Origin: Patescibacteria group bacterium | GTDB taxonomy: Bacteria; Patescibacteriota; Microgenomatia; UBA1400; PJMF01 | Reading direction: 5' to 3' | NCBI GenBank assembly: GCA_049322575.1 | Contig: JBMORQ010000027.1 | Coordinates: forward strand, 9,092 to 73,091 | DNA length: 64,000 bases | Shown here: one piece after another, positions 52,967 to 62,888 of the stretch | Position numbering within the stretch: the first letter of the stretch is position 1 | Layout of the letters: each line of letters begins with the position of its first letter | The notes under the pieces: generated by a model | Told to the model about the DNA's origin: nothing | Database searches by the model: none | Seen by the model: only the letters and a program-made list of their open reading frames with translations | Position numbers and translations under genes: made by a program

Positions 52967-55276
52967 ATGAAATTCAAGTTGCAAGCCCCCCACCAACCAA
53001 CAGGAGATCAGCCGCGTGCCATTAAGCAATTAACTGAAGGATTGTTGAATGAGGCCAAATATCAGACATTACTTGGAGTGACCGGTTCAGGTAAAACTTT
53101 TACTATGGCCAACCTTATTGAGAATGTTCAAAAACCCACTTTGGTGATCGCTCACAACAAAACTCTAGCGGCTCAACTCTACCAAGAATTCAGGGATTAT
53201 TTCCCAGAAAATGCCGTCAATTATTTTGTTTCCTACTACGACTACTACCAACCTGAAGCGTATATTCCAAGCACCGATACATACATTGAAAAAGAAGCAC
53301 AAATTAATGATGAAATAGATAAGTTGCGCCTTGCCGCAACAACCAATCTTTTGACAAGACCTGACGTCATCATTGTTGCCTCAGTTTCTTGTATTTATAA
53401 CCTTGGCTCGCCTCACGAATACGACCGATATTTACTTGAAATCTCCGTGGGAGACATGATCGAGCGCCGAGCTTTTGTAGATCAGCTCGCCAATTTGCAA
53501 TATGAGCGTTCGGATTTAGAGCTGAGACGCGGCACTTTCAGAATTAAGGGAGATATAATTCAAATTTGGCCAGCGTATGAGGACATGGCTCTAAAGATTG
53601 ATACTTTGGAGAACCGGATCACTTCAATTAATCAAATCGATCCTATAAGCGGTTTAATTAATCAAAGTGAACACCAAAGTCGTTTTGAGCATCCCTCAAA
53701 ATCACAAAGTTATATCGTTTTCCCAGCTAAACACCACGTGATTGACCCTTCAACCCTCCAAAGCGGTCTAGCAGCAATTAGAAACGATTTGGAGAGACGC
53801 ATCAATGAACTCAATACACAAAACAAACAACTTGAGGCGTATCGCTTAAAACAAAAAGTTAATTACGACATTGAAATGATAGAGCAATTTGGATTTGTTG
53901 CTGGAATCGAAAACTACTCTCGCTATTTCGATGGTCGCAAGCCAGGACAACCACCATACACCTTGCTTGACTATTTAGCACTAAATGCAAAAAAGTTTCA
54001 AACCGACTCGTTTTTGACTTTCATCGATGAAAGCCACATAACAGTCCCTCAAATCAGAGGTATGTATCGAGGTGATCAGTCGCGAAAAGCAACTCTAATT
54101 GACTATGGTTTTCGACTACCTAGTGCCATAGATAATCGCCCACTTCAATTCAGTGAATTCTTAGAAAGAAACAACCAAACGATCTATGTTTCAGCAACTC
54201 CGAACGAATGGGAGATCGAACAATCTAAAGGAAAAGTAATAGAACAATTGATTCGACCAACCGGCTTAACAGATCCAACCATTGAAATTCGACCAACTAC
54301 CAATCAAATAGAAGACCTAGTAATCGAGGTTATTAAAAGAAAAACCCTTGGTCAAAGAACCTTGGTGACAACTCTAACCAAGAAAATGGCCGAAACCTTA
54401 ACGGACTATTTAAATGATAAAACTAAGATTGATCAACTGATTACGAGTCATAAACAAAAACTCAATGACTTTGACTTTGAATATTCCTCAAGAATTATTG
54501 GGTCAGAAAGAGATTATTTACCCATGGAAAATATGGAAATTGGCCCGATTCAGAATAGTATATTCACTTCGTCGCGTATCGACTCAATCGTAGGGGACCT
54601 AGATCCAGATCAACTTTATCCCAAAGTCGCTTACCTACATTCAGATATTGAGACGCTGGAAAGATCGGACATTCTCGATGATCTTAGACTTGGAAAATAT
54701 GATGTTTTGGTTGGTATCAACCTTCTCAGAGAGGGACTTGATCTTCCCGAGGTTACATTGGTGGCAATCTTGGATGCGGATAAAGAGGGTTTTCTAAGAT
54801 CGGCCACTTCGATGATTCAAACAATCGGTCGCGCAGCGCGTCATATCGAAGGAAAGGCTCTCTTGTATGCTGACAAGCTCACAATTTCCATAAAGCAGGC
54901 AATTGAGGAAACACAGCGGAGAAGGCGCATTCAAGTTAAATATAACACCGAACACGGTATCAATCCCAAAACGATCAATAAACCAATCCGTGCCAAACTC
55001 TTTCTGAGGGATGAGGTCACTGATGATGACGGCATTTACTCGGCGAAATCAAAAAACAAAAAGACCCTCTTTGAAAGCCAAGAATCAGGCTTGGTAATTC
55101 AATTAAACAAACAACGAGCAATTGATCTAACAAAGCTTAATCCTGAGTCATTAACGCCTTCTGACAGAAATAAATTGAGTAAAGTACTGCGACGCCGCAT
55201 GACTAGAGCTGCCAATGAACTTGATTTTGAACTAGCAGCCATCTTGCGAGACCACATTCACAGACTTGAGGACTAA
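52967..55276 (+). CDS. uvrB: Excinuclease ABC subunit B, with an insertion of about 70 aa in helicase domain 2.
   Basis: PTGDQPRAIKQL, GVTGSGKTFTMA (Walker A), beta-hairpin region, YLHSDI...LVGINLLREGLDLPEV, C-terminal UVR domain (ELDFELAAILRDHIHRL). Start adjusted to MKFKLQAPHQ. Confidence 0.9.
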   Translation: MKFKLQAPHQPTGDQPRAIKQLTEGLLNEAKYQTLLGVTGSGKTFTMANLIENVQKPTLVIAHNKTLAAQLYQEFRDYFPENAVNYFVSYYDYYQPEAYIPSTDTYIEKEAQINDEIDKLRLAATTNLLTRPDVIIVASVSCIYNLGSPHEYDRYLLEISVGDMIERRAFVDQLANLQYERSDLELRRGTFRIKGDIIQIWPAYEDMALKIDTLENRITSINQIDPISGLINQSEHQSRFEHPSKSQSYIVFPAKHHVIDPSTLQSGLAAIRNDLERRINELNTQNKQLEAYRLKQKVNYDIEMIEQFGFVAGIENYSRYFDGRKPGQPPYTLLDYLALNAKKFQTDSFLTFIDESHITVPQIRGMYRGDQSRKATLIDYGFRLPSAIDNRPLQFSEFLERNNQTIYVSATPNEWEIEQSKGKVIEQLIRPTGLTDPTIEIRPTTNQIEDLVIEVIKRKTLGQRTLVTTLTKKMAETLTDYLNDKTKIDQLITSHKQKLNDFDFEYSSRIIGSERDYLPMENMEIGPIQNSIFTSSRIDSIVGDLDPDQLYPKVAYLHSDIETLERSDILDDLRLGKYDVLVGINLLREGLDLPEVTLVAILDADKEGFLRSATSMIQTIGRAARHIEGKALLYADKLTISIKQAIEETQRRRRIQVKYNTEHGINPKTINKPIRAKLFLRDEVTDDDGIYSAKSKNKKTLFESQESGLVIQLNKQRAIDLTKLNPESLTPSDRNKLSKVLRRRMTRAANELDFELAAILRDHIHRLED

Positions 55277-55409
55277 AATCGGGCCAACTGTCGCAAGACA
55301 AAACAGACTAACGGACGAACTTGTTGTTTACGGTTATAATAGTGGTTTACTTCTAGGCCAATGAACTAAAACCATATATTGATCAAAGCTTTCGGAATTA
55401 AACAATCAC

Positions 55410-58409
55410 ATGAAACAAACTACATCAGAAAAAACATCGATTGACTACATAATCATCAAGGGTGCTCGTGAGCATAACCTCAAAAATATCAATCTTTTAA
55501 TTCCAAAAAACAAATTTGTTGTTTTTACTGGTCTCTCTGGGAGTGGTAAAAGTTCCCTTGCATTTGATACTCTGTATGCCGAGGGACAAAGACGATATGT
55601 CGAGTCGTTAAGTTCATACGCGAGGCAATTTCTGGGTGTGATGAATAAACCAGAAATTGACCACATTGAAGGCTTGTCTCCGGCTATTTCCATCGACCAA
55701 AAAACCACCTCTCATAATCCACGTTCAACTGTCGGTACCATCACGGAAATTTATGACTACTTACGGTTACTTTTTGCCAGAATTGGTCATCCTCATTGTC
55801 CGAACTGCGGTAGAGAGGTCTCAACTCAAAGTATTGACCAGATTGTGAGCAAGGTTTTGAGCGAGCTCAACCAAAGATCTTCGCAACAAGTCATCCGCCT
55901 CTCAGTTCTCTCGCCAATTGTGCGCAATCGCAAAGGTGAGTTTTCCGGACTCTTTACCAATCTAATCAAACAGGGCTATAGTCGCACTAGAATTGATGGC
56001 AAAATCTACGACATCAATAAGGATCTCTCACTCATCAAAACCAATAAGCATAATATTGATGTCTTAATTGATCGGATTACTACTAGCAACAAACAACTCG
56101 AAGATGAAAAAGAGTTTGAGGCTCTCAAATCAAGGATTACCCATTCCATCGAGGAGTCACTGAAACTAGCCGATGGCTTGTGTGTGGTAAGTTGGATCGA
56201 GGACCAAAGCTTCACTTTTCCCGAAAATCCAGAAGTATTTTCTGACCAACTCTATAGTGAAAAGCTAGCTTGTCCTAATTGTAATATTTCTATCAAAGAA
56301 CTTGAGCCAAGGCTATTCTCCTTTAACTCTCCTGATGGCGCCTGTGAAACCTGCAACGGCTTAGGTTCGATTTTGAAAATTGATCCCAACAAAATTCTGG
56401 CTAAAAGTCTCACTCTGAGTGAGGGGGCGATTGTTCCTTTTGCCAGAGTGCTGGGTAATGACAGCTGGTGGTCGAGATTAGTTCAAGTCGTGGTAGAAGA
56501 AGCGGGCTATGATTTTCGCAAAACGCCTTTCATGGAAATGTCGACAGATTTTCAGGATGTCTTGCTACATGGCTCGGATAAGGTCTACAAGATTGTTGGT
56601 ACCAATCGTTTTGGCAAGGAAACCGTTGTTCACAACACTTTTGAAGGTTTCATTTCGAATTTAGAAAGGCGCTACCATGAAACCGACAGCAGCTTCATTC
56701 GCAATGAAATTGAACAGTATATGCAGCGTGAGATTTGCGGCACCTGTAACGGTGCTAGGCTTAAAAAAGAGGCATTGGGAGTCACCATTGACCAACAAAA
56801 CATTAACGATATTACCAACCTTCCTGTTAAAAAATCGTTGGCTTGGAGCAAGGAGTTGGTTTCAAAAAATAACCTTAATGCCATTGAAAAACAGGTTGCT
56901 ATGCCAGTTATTAAAGAAATCCACTCCAGACTTGAATTTCTTTCTTCGGTAGGCTTAAACTACTTAACTCTACATCGTGAGGCATCAACATTGGCCGGCG
57001 GAGAAGCGCAACGTATCCGACTCGCATCACAAATCGGGACTGGTTTAACCGGCGTCTTGTATATCTTGGACGAACCAACTATCGGCTTACACCCCAGAGA
57101 CAACAATCAACTTATCGAAACTCTCAAGAGCCTTAGAAACAATGGTAACTCGGTGGTAGTGGTTGAGCATGATCGAGATGTGATGCTTGCCTCAGATTAC
57201 ATTTTTGATTTCGGACCCCTCGCTGGAAAAGATGGCGGTGAAGTGGTAGCAGAGGGCTCGCCACAACAAATCATGTCCGATCAAAAGTCGCTCACAGGCA
57301 AGTACTTGTCTCGAAAAAAAGATGTCAAAATCGACAAAAGAGAAACAAACAAAGAACCAAAGCTCGTTTCAATTGAAGAAACAGACGATTTAATTAATCA
57401 AAGAACTTCGATTGAAATCTATGGCGCTTCTCACCACAACCTTAAAAACATAGACGTAAGCTTTCCGCTCAGGTCACTAACATGTATCACCGGCATTTCT
57501 GGATCAGGCAAGTCTACTTTGCTTCACGATACCCTTTATTACAATTTGGCAAATAAACTTGAGAAAAAAATTGATAGGCGCCCCGGACATGTTGAAAGAA
57601 TTTCTATTCCTGACGAGATTAGTCGGGTTGCTTTAATTGACCAAAGTCCGATCGGTAAAACACCACGCTCCAATCCCGCAACCTATACCAAAATTTTTGA
57701 TCTCATCCGCAAGCTGTTTGCCTCAACAAAAGAATCGACCCTGCGAGGATTTAATCAAGGTCGTTTTAGTTTCAATGTTAAAGGAGGTCGTTGTGAAACC
57801 TGTCAGGGTGAGGGCCAAATAAAAATCGAAATGCAATTTTTACCCGACATCTATGTTGAATGTGATGTTTGTCACGGGAAAAGATACAACCAAGAAACTC
57901 TCCAGGTTCTCTATAAAGATAAGAATATTGCAGAAGTTCTGGAAATGACCGTAAGTGAAGCTCTAAAATTCTTCAGCAACAACGGTACCATCAACCAAAA
58001 ATTGCAGACACTTATCGATGTCGGCTTGGGCTACATTAAACTCGGACAACCAGCCCCGACGCTTAGTGGAGGTGAGGCGCAGAGAGTCAAACTCGCCAGA
58101 GAACTCAGCACTAGAACCCAACAACACGTAGTTTACCTACTAGACGAACCAACAACTGGTTTGCATTTTGCCGATGTGCAAAAACTACTGGAGGTATTAC
58201 ATCAGTTAGTTGAACAAAACAATACGGTCATTCTCATTGAGCACAACCTGGATATTATAAAAAACTGTAATTGGATCATAGATCTGGGTCCCGAGGGTGG
58301 AGAGTATGGTGGAGAAGTCATTGCGCAGGGTTCACCTCAGCAAATAGCAAATAATCCCGACTCATTTACTGGTTTCTATTTAAAAGAGGAGCTCAAACAG
58401 CTAAAATGA
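55410..58409 (+). CDS. uvrA: Excinuclease ABC subunit A.
   Basis: Two ABC modules (GLSGSGKSSL, GISGSGKSTL). LSGGEAQR signatures twice. Zn-finger Cys pairs (CPNC...C..C). Confidence 0.9.
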   Translation: MKQTTSEKTSIDYIIIKGAREHNLKNINLLIPKNKFVVFTGLSGSGKSSLAFDTLYAEGQRRYVESLSSYARQFLGVMNKPEIDHIEGLSPAISIDQKTTSHNPRSTVGTITEIYDYLRLLFARIGHPHCPNCGREVSTQSIDQIVSKVLSELNQRSSQQVIRLSVLSPIVRNRKGEFSGLFTNLIKQGYSRTRIDGKIYDINKDLSLIKTNKHNIDVLIDRITTSNKQLEDEKEFEALKSRITHSIEESLKLADGLCVVSWIEDQSFTFPENPEVFSDQLYSEKLACPNCNISIKELEPRLFSFNSPDGACETCNGLGSILKIDPNKILAKSLTLSEGAIVPFARVLGNDSWWSRLVQVVVEEAGYDFRKTPFMEMSTDFQDVLLHGSDKVYKIVGTNRFGKETVVHNTFEGFISNLERRYHETDSSFIRNEIEQYMQREICGTCNGARLKKEALGVTIDQQNINDITNLPVKKSLAWSKELVSKNNLNAIEKQVAMPVIKEIHSRLEFLSSVGLNYLTLHREASTLAGGEAQRIRLASQIGTGLTGVLYILDEPTIGLHPRDNNQLIETLKSLRNNGNSVVVVEHDRDVMLASDYIFDFGPLAGKDGGEVVAEGSPQQIMSDQKSLTGKYLSRKKDVKIDKRETNKEPKLVSIEETDDLINQRTSIEIYGASHHNLKNIDVSFPLRSLTCITGISGSGKSTLLHDTLYYNLANKLEKKIDRRPGHVERISIPDEISRVALIDQSPIGKTPRSNPATYTKIFDLIRKLFASTKESTLRGFNQGRFSFNVKGGRCETCQGEGQIKIEMQFLPDIYVECDVCHGKRYNQETLQVLYKDKNIAEVLEMTVSEALKFFSNNGTINQKLQTLIDVGLGYIKLGQPAPTLSGGEAQRVKLARELSTRTQQHVVYLLDEPTTGLHFADVQKLLEVLHQLVEQNNTVILIEHNLDIIKNCNWIIDLGPEGGEYGGEVIAQGSPQQIANNPDSFTGFYLKEELKQLK

Positions 58410-58413
58410 GCTT

Positions 58414-60321
58414 ATGAACACTGGTTTCTTTAAGAAATGTTTGATTCTTTTGATAGGTCTTCTCGCTCCTTTTACTAGCCAACCAATCCGTGCTGAAACG
58501 AAACATTTTGAGAGCTATCTAAACACTACATACTCGGTTAATGAAGATGGCTCAACATATGTTGAACATAATTTCCAAATCAAGAACTTAACACCAACTT
58601 TCTTTGTCAACAAATACGGTCTTCAATTAAGTTCTGGAAATATCGCTGATGTTCGTGTCACCAACGGCAATCAAGCTATTGATGCTGAAGTTGTTAACAC
58701 GGACAACAAAACAACTGTTGGCATTACTTTCCCAGACAAGGTTGTTGGTGAAGGGAAAATAAGACGCTTTACCATAAGTTACAAAAATGAGGATATTTCT
58801 CAAGTTTCTGGCCAAGTATTAGAAGTCAGCATCCCAAAATTAAACGATCCCACTGCTTACGATAAGTATGGTGTGACTCTAATCACTCCTTTGAAATTCG
58901 GCTATCCAAACCGTGTTACTCCTGAATCGTTTACCCAACAAATTGCCGGCAATAAGGTCGAGCTACACTTTAGTAATCTGGCCGGCCAAAGCATTTCCGC
59001 AATCTATGGTGAAAAACAAATCTTTGAACTCAAGCTTCGTTATATACTCGAAAACGATCGTAACCAACCTGTAATTAGCCAAATTACTTTACCTCCAGAT
59101 ACCTCCTTCCAAACAGTGCACTACCAAACTATCGAGCCAAAACCGCAAAAAATTGAGCTCGATAATGATGGTAATTGGATAGCCACTTACCAGTTGAACA
59201 ACAACTCCCAGGTTGAAATAAAGGCTCAAGCCAAAGTAATGCTTACGCTTGATCAAAATAAAGAAATACCTGTCTTTCTACCAACCGGAAACCACCTCAA
59301 AACCAAAGAATATTGGCCAGTTAAAAACCCCGACATCATCACTCTTGCAACTCAAAATCCCACTGCAGAGGACATCTATAATTTTACGTCCACTACACTT
59401 AGCTACACTACAGAGCCTCTATCAATTGATCTGAAACGTCTTGGTGCTCAAGCAGCAATCGAAAATCCCAGCAAGTCAACTTGCCAAGAATTCACTGATG
59501 TCTTCATAACATTGGCTAGAGCCAATGACATACCAGCTCGCCGTGCAACCGGCTTTGCCTATTCCGAAAATGAAAAGCTTCGTCCACTCAGTCTACCTGG
59601 TGACGTCCTGCATGCTTGGCCAGAATTTTTCGACCAAGAAAAGAAAGTATGGAGACCGATTGACCCCACCTGGGGAAATACAGCTGGCGGAGTAGATTAC
59701 TTCAACCAATTTGATCTAAACCACATAGTCTTCGCCTTTAATGGAGAATCAAGCGAACGACCCTACCCAGCCGGTTCATACCTGCAATCAGAGACACCCC
59801 AAAAAAACGTTGAGGTAACCTTTGCCAAAGATTTTCCAGAGACCCAAACCAAAATACTTGCCACTCTCAAGCCTCAGAAGATTGGTTTTATTGACTTTCC
59901 TGGAACATACCGTTTAGAACTGGAAAATGCTACGGGTCGCGCATGGTACAACCTTAATGTCAGTTATCGAACTGATGATCCAGAAACATTAATATCAACC
60001 CAAGAAAATCGGCAGCTCATTCTCCTGCCTTATCAAAAAATTGAAGTGCCTTTTAGGGTTTATAATAGGTCTTTGTCATCATCTTTTGACAAACAAATAC
60101 AAATCATCGTCGAAGTTGGTAAAAAAGATAGCTTAACTCATGACTTCCAAGTCAACTCAATCCCAGAATTCAACAGCCTCAACCAATATAAAGTCCTTTT
60201 CTCCCTCTTGGTCTCAGGAAGTATCATCGGCGCCCTTACAACCGGGAGTCTACTCGTTTTTAGACGCAGAAAACAAAATTCTCTACGTGGGAAAAGCCAA
60301 AAAACTGAGGAATCGACTTAG
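58414..60321 (+). CDS. Secreted transglutaminase-like (papain-fold) enzyme with signal peptide and C-terminal TM anchor.
   Basis: Signal peptide (LILLIGLLAPFTSQPIRA). Catalytic Cys in STCQEFTDVFITLARANDIPARRATGFAY. His in DVLHAWPEFF. Asp in RPIDPTWG. C-terminal TM helix plus basic tail. Starts 4 nt after uvrA. Confidence 0.7.
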   Translation: MNTGFFKKCLILLIGLLAPFTSQPIRAETKHFESYLNTTYSVNEDGSTYVEHNFQIKNLTPTFFVNKYGLQLSSGNIADVRVTNGNQAIDAEVVNTDNKTTVGITFPDKVVGEGKIRRFTISYKNEDISQVSGQVLEVSIPKLNDPTAYDKYGVTLITPLKFGYPNRVTPESFTQQIAGNKVELHFSNLAGQSISAIYGEKQIFELKLRYILENDRNQPVISQITLPPDTSFQTVHYQTIEPKPQKIELDNDGNWIATYQLNNNSQVEIKAQAKVMLTLDQNKEIPVFLPTGNHLKTKEYWPVKNPDIITLATQNPTAEDIYNFTSTTLSYTTEPLSIDLKRLGAQAAIENPSKSTCQEFTDVFITLARANDIPARRATGFAYSENEKLRPLSLPGDVLHAWPEFFDQEKKVWRPIDPTWGNTAGGVDYFNQFDLNHIVFAFNGESSERPYPAGSYLQSETPQKNVEVTFAKDFPETQTKILATLKPQKIGFIDFPGTYRLELENATGRAWYNLNVSYRTDDPETLISTQENRQLILLPYQKIEVPFRVYNRSLSSSFDKQIQIIVEVGKKDSLTHDFQVNSIPEFNSLNQYKVLFSLLVSGSIIGALTTGSLLVFRRRKQNSLRGKSQKTEEST

Positions 60322-61513
60322 AAACTATCTGCAGATCAAGGATCTATCTCCTCGCATCGCGAAGATGGTTAAACTCGCTGTTAAGCTCGAATATCAGATA
60401 CTTTCCAGCGAACTTGAGTCATTGCTAGTTGAAGCAGAACTTATCCGTACTCTGCAACCTCAATTTAACGTCCTACTAAAAGACGATAAATCATCACTAT
60501 ATATAGTAGTAACAAAGGAAGAGTTCCCCAAGATAGTGAAAACTCGTAAACGAGAACTTGTCAGAAAGAATATTTCTGGGCAGGTAATTGGTCCTTTTCC
60601 TAGTAGTTATAAGTTAAATGAGGTACTAAAAATTGTCAGACCAATTTTTAAGTGGTGCGATAAGAAAACAAGAGATAACCAAGCCTGTTTCTATCACCAT
60701 CTTGATCTTTGTTCTGGTGCCTGTGTCAGACAAATCACCCCTGAGGAGTACCAAGCAAATATTAAACAATTAGTATTATTTCTGCGCGGGAAGAAAAAGC
60801 TTGTATCAAATAATCTGAGAATGATGATGAAACAAGCCGCAAAAGAAGAAAAGTTTGAATTAGCGAACAGATACAAACAGATGATTCAATTAATTGAAGA
60901 GGTAACAAATCCAGAGTTTAGACTAAAGCCCGATTTAGCCTTACCAGTTTTCCAACTTAAACAAAAAGAAATTGGTTTGATCAATCTTTCACAGATGATG
61001 GGCACATATTTAAATAATCTACCACCAAATTATCCGCTTAACAGAATCGAAGGTTATGATGTCTCCAACATTCAGGGAACCAATGCTGCCGTCTCCATGG
61101 TTGTTTTTATAAATGGTCAACCGGAAAAGAAACTTTATCGTGTCTTCAATATCAGAACACTTAAAACCCCCAACGATTTTGCCATGCTTAAGGAAGCACT
61201 AATAAGACGTCAGAACCATCCAGAGTGGGGAAAACCTGACTTGATAATCATTGATGGGGGAAAGGGTCAACTCAAATCAGCACTTGCTGCCTGGAAGTGG
61301 CCTAATCCAGTTATCAGCATTGAAAAGCATCCGGATCGGCTAATTTTTCCACGAATTACCTCCATCGAGGGCAGGAAAACCAGCGATTATTCTGTTATCA
61401 AGCTTGAAAAAGAACACCCAGCACTAAAACTGGTTGCAAATGTACGCGACGAATCCCATCGCTTTGCAAAAAAACAACACATTAGATTAAGGACTAAGAA
61501 TCTGCTATCATGA
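60140..61513 (+). CDS. uvrC: Excinuclease ABC subunit C, short form: GIY-YIG, Cys-rich, UVR and RNase-H-like endonuclease domains, without the C-terminal (HhH)2 domain. Start uncertain.
   Basis: GIY-YIG (PGVYSFLDAENKILYVGKAKKLRNRLRNY), Cys cluster (HHLDLCSGAC), UVR helix (ELANRYKQMIQLIEEV), endonuclease domain (IEGYDVSNIQGTNAAVSMVVF), ends DESHRFAKK...*. 457 aa versus about 600 for canonical UvrC. The ATG at 60140 overlaps the upstream ORF by 182 nt. Confidence 0.8.
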   Translation: MTSKSTQSQNSTASTNIKSFSPSWSQEVSSAPLQPGVYSFLDAENKILYVGKAKKLRNRLRNYLQIKDLSPRIAKMVKLAVKLEYQILSSELESLLVEAELIRTLQPQFNVLLKDDKSSLYIVVTKEEFPKIVKTRKRELVRKNISGQVIGPFPSSYKLNEVLKIVRPIFKWCDKKTRDNQACFYHHLDLCSGACVRQITPEEYQANIKQLVLFLRGKKKLVSNNLRMMMKQAAKEEKFELANRYKQMIQLIEEVTNPEFRLKPDLALPVFQLKQKEIGLINLSQMMGTYLNNLPPNYPLNRIEGYDVSNIQGTNAAVSMVVFINGQPEKKLYRVFNIRTLKTPNDFAMLKEALIRRQNHPEWGKPDLIIIDGGKGQLKSALAAWKWPNPVISIEKHPDRLIFPRITSIEGRKTSDYSVIKLEKEHPALKLVANVRDESHRFAKKQHIRLRTKNLLS

Positions 61514-61517
61514 GGTT

Positions 61518-61874
61518 GTGAAAGCTATAATTCGAACAATTATTGCCATCGCCATCCTAGCCTGGATTTTGCCGACAGTTGATTATTTAAATTGGACAAC
61601 ACTCTTAATCGCCGGGGTGGTTTTAACCATTCTTCAAAGTGTGATTAAACCCATACTAAAATTATTTTTCTTGCCGGTCAATATTGTGACATTTGGGCTT
61701 TTTTCTTTAGTTATCAACGTGATAATAATCTGGTTGCTAACTTTTCTGGTTCCCGGAATGCGCATTGATAACATTGTGCTGTTTGGTGTACCTCTGAACA
61801 GTTTTTTCTCTTTGTTATTGGTTTCAAGTCTGATCAGCTTTCTACAATCGTTTATCAGGTTTTTTATCAAGTAA
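61518..61874 (+). CDS. DUF360 / phage-holin-family-4-like small membrane protein (4 TM).
   Basis: 118 aa, four hydrophobic helices. GTG start after GAGG. Confidence 0.55.
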   Translation: MKAIIRTIIAIAILAWILPTVDYLNWTTLLIAGVVLTILQSVIKPILKLFFLPVNIVTFGLFSLVINVIIIWLLTFLVPGMRIDNIVLFGVPLNSFFSLLLVSSLISFLQSFIRFFIK

Positions 61875-61884
61875 CAGAAATTGA

Positions 61885-61890
61885 TATAAT
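61885..61890 (+). promoter_or_regulatory. -10 box within TTGATATAAT, 8 nt upstream of the ATG at 61899. A leaderless transcript for the 7TM/ATP-grasp operon is predicted.
   Basis: aaaTTGATATAATagcgagttATG. Confidence 0.4.
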
Positions 61891-61898
61891 AGCGAGTT

Positions 61899-62888
61899 AT
61901 GAAAAAAATTGTCATAAGCCTCTTTTCACTACTGTTGTTTGGTATTGTCCTGGGAGTTACCTCTCCAGAACGATATCAAGCTGAGGCACAAGAAACAAAC
62001 GGCTCTATAGAAATTCTTGAGGTTTTTGATCAAGATGGCAACCTATTTGACTCTGCCACTGATAGCAGCGAAGCAACTAACACCGGCAAGCTCGCCTCAG
62101 TTTCAGCAGAGGTTGAACAGAAAATTCAAGAAAAAAAGGATAAAGACATTACAGACACTAGTGGAAAGCAAAAGGGCAAATTAGCGTCATACCTTGACGA
62201 ACACCCAACCGGACCACTTTCTTGGCACAATCCTCTGCAAGTTGCCATCCGTGCCGCCATTGAAAAAGGTCTACCTGCCAATATTATTGTTCTATTACTG
62301 ATGTTTCCGATCATCGCCTCAATTATTGCCGCCTCTAGACATGTGGTTGGACTCAAAGGATTTGGTATCTATATTCCCGCCGTTTTAGCCGTTGCTTTGG
62401 TTTCAACAGGCATTCTAACCGGTCTGACGATTTTCATTGTCGTTTTAGCTGCCGCAATAGCAACCAGAACGATCATTAGAAAATTTCGCATGCCATATTT
62501 GCCAAGAACAGCCATGTTGATGTGGGGTGTATCGATTGTTACCCTGCTAGTTTTAATCGGTTCGGTTATTATGATAGAGAACTCAACCCTTCTCACTATC
62601 AGCATCTTCCCTGTGCTTATCATTATTCTTTTAACAGAAAATTTTATAGAATCTCAACAATTTAACAGCCAAAAAGAGGCCATAAAACTAACTGTGGAGA
62701 CCATTTTCTTGTCAATTCTCTGTTCCATATTCATCAGTAACGAGACGCTCCAAAAGGTTGTCATCCTGCGTCCAGAATTAACTCTACTTTTAGTTGCCTT
62801 TATCAACTATGCCATCGGCAAATACTCTGGACTAAGATTTCTAGAATACCTACGTTTTAGAGAAATTCTTAATAACAACAATGAGTAA
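61899..62888 (+). CDS. Seven-TM membrane protein of the 7TM/ATP-grasp-associated family (7TM-ITG-like, but lacking the inactive transglutaminase domain).
   Basis: Signal/TM helix, about 110 aa low-complexity ectodomain, then seven hydrophobic helices. The stop overlaps the start of the ATP-grasp gene by 8 nt (ATGAGTAA). Confidence 0.65.
   Translation: MKKIVISLFSLLLFGIVLGVTSPERYQAEAQETNGSIEILEVFDQDGNLFDSATDSSEATNTGKLASVSAEVEQKIQEKKDKDITDTSGKQKGKLASYLDEHPTGPLSWHNPLQVAIRAAIEKGLPANIIVLLLMFPIIASIIAASRHVVGLKGFGIYIPAVLAVALVSTGILTGLTIFIVVLAAAIATRTIIRKFRMPYLPRTAMLMWGVSIVTLLVLIGSVIMIENSTLLTISIFPVLIIILLTENFIESQQFNSQKEAIKLTVETIFLSILCSIFISNETLQKVVILRPELTLLLVAFINYAIGKYSGLRFLEYLRFREILNNNNE

Noticed and set aside
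54415-54625. Possible intein in UvrB.
   Set aside because: The insertion is only about 70 aa. It lacks an N-terminal Cys/Ser, the block B TxxH, and a C-terminal HN plus Cys/Ser/Thr. It is too small for a splicing domain, so it is called a lineage-specific insertion instead.
60140-60321. Treating the 182-nt overlap between the transglutaminase-like gene and uvrC as evidence that one of them is not a real gene.
   Set aside because: Both products have strong independent family signatures (TGase C-H-D triad and C-terminal TM anchor; GIY-YIG block). The conflict is therefore attributed to an uncertain uvrC start, not to a spurious ORF.
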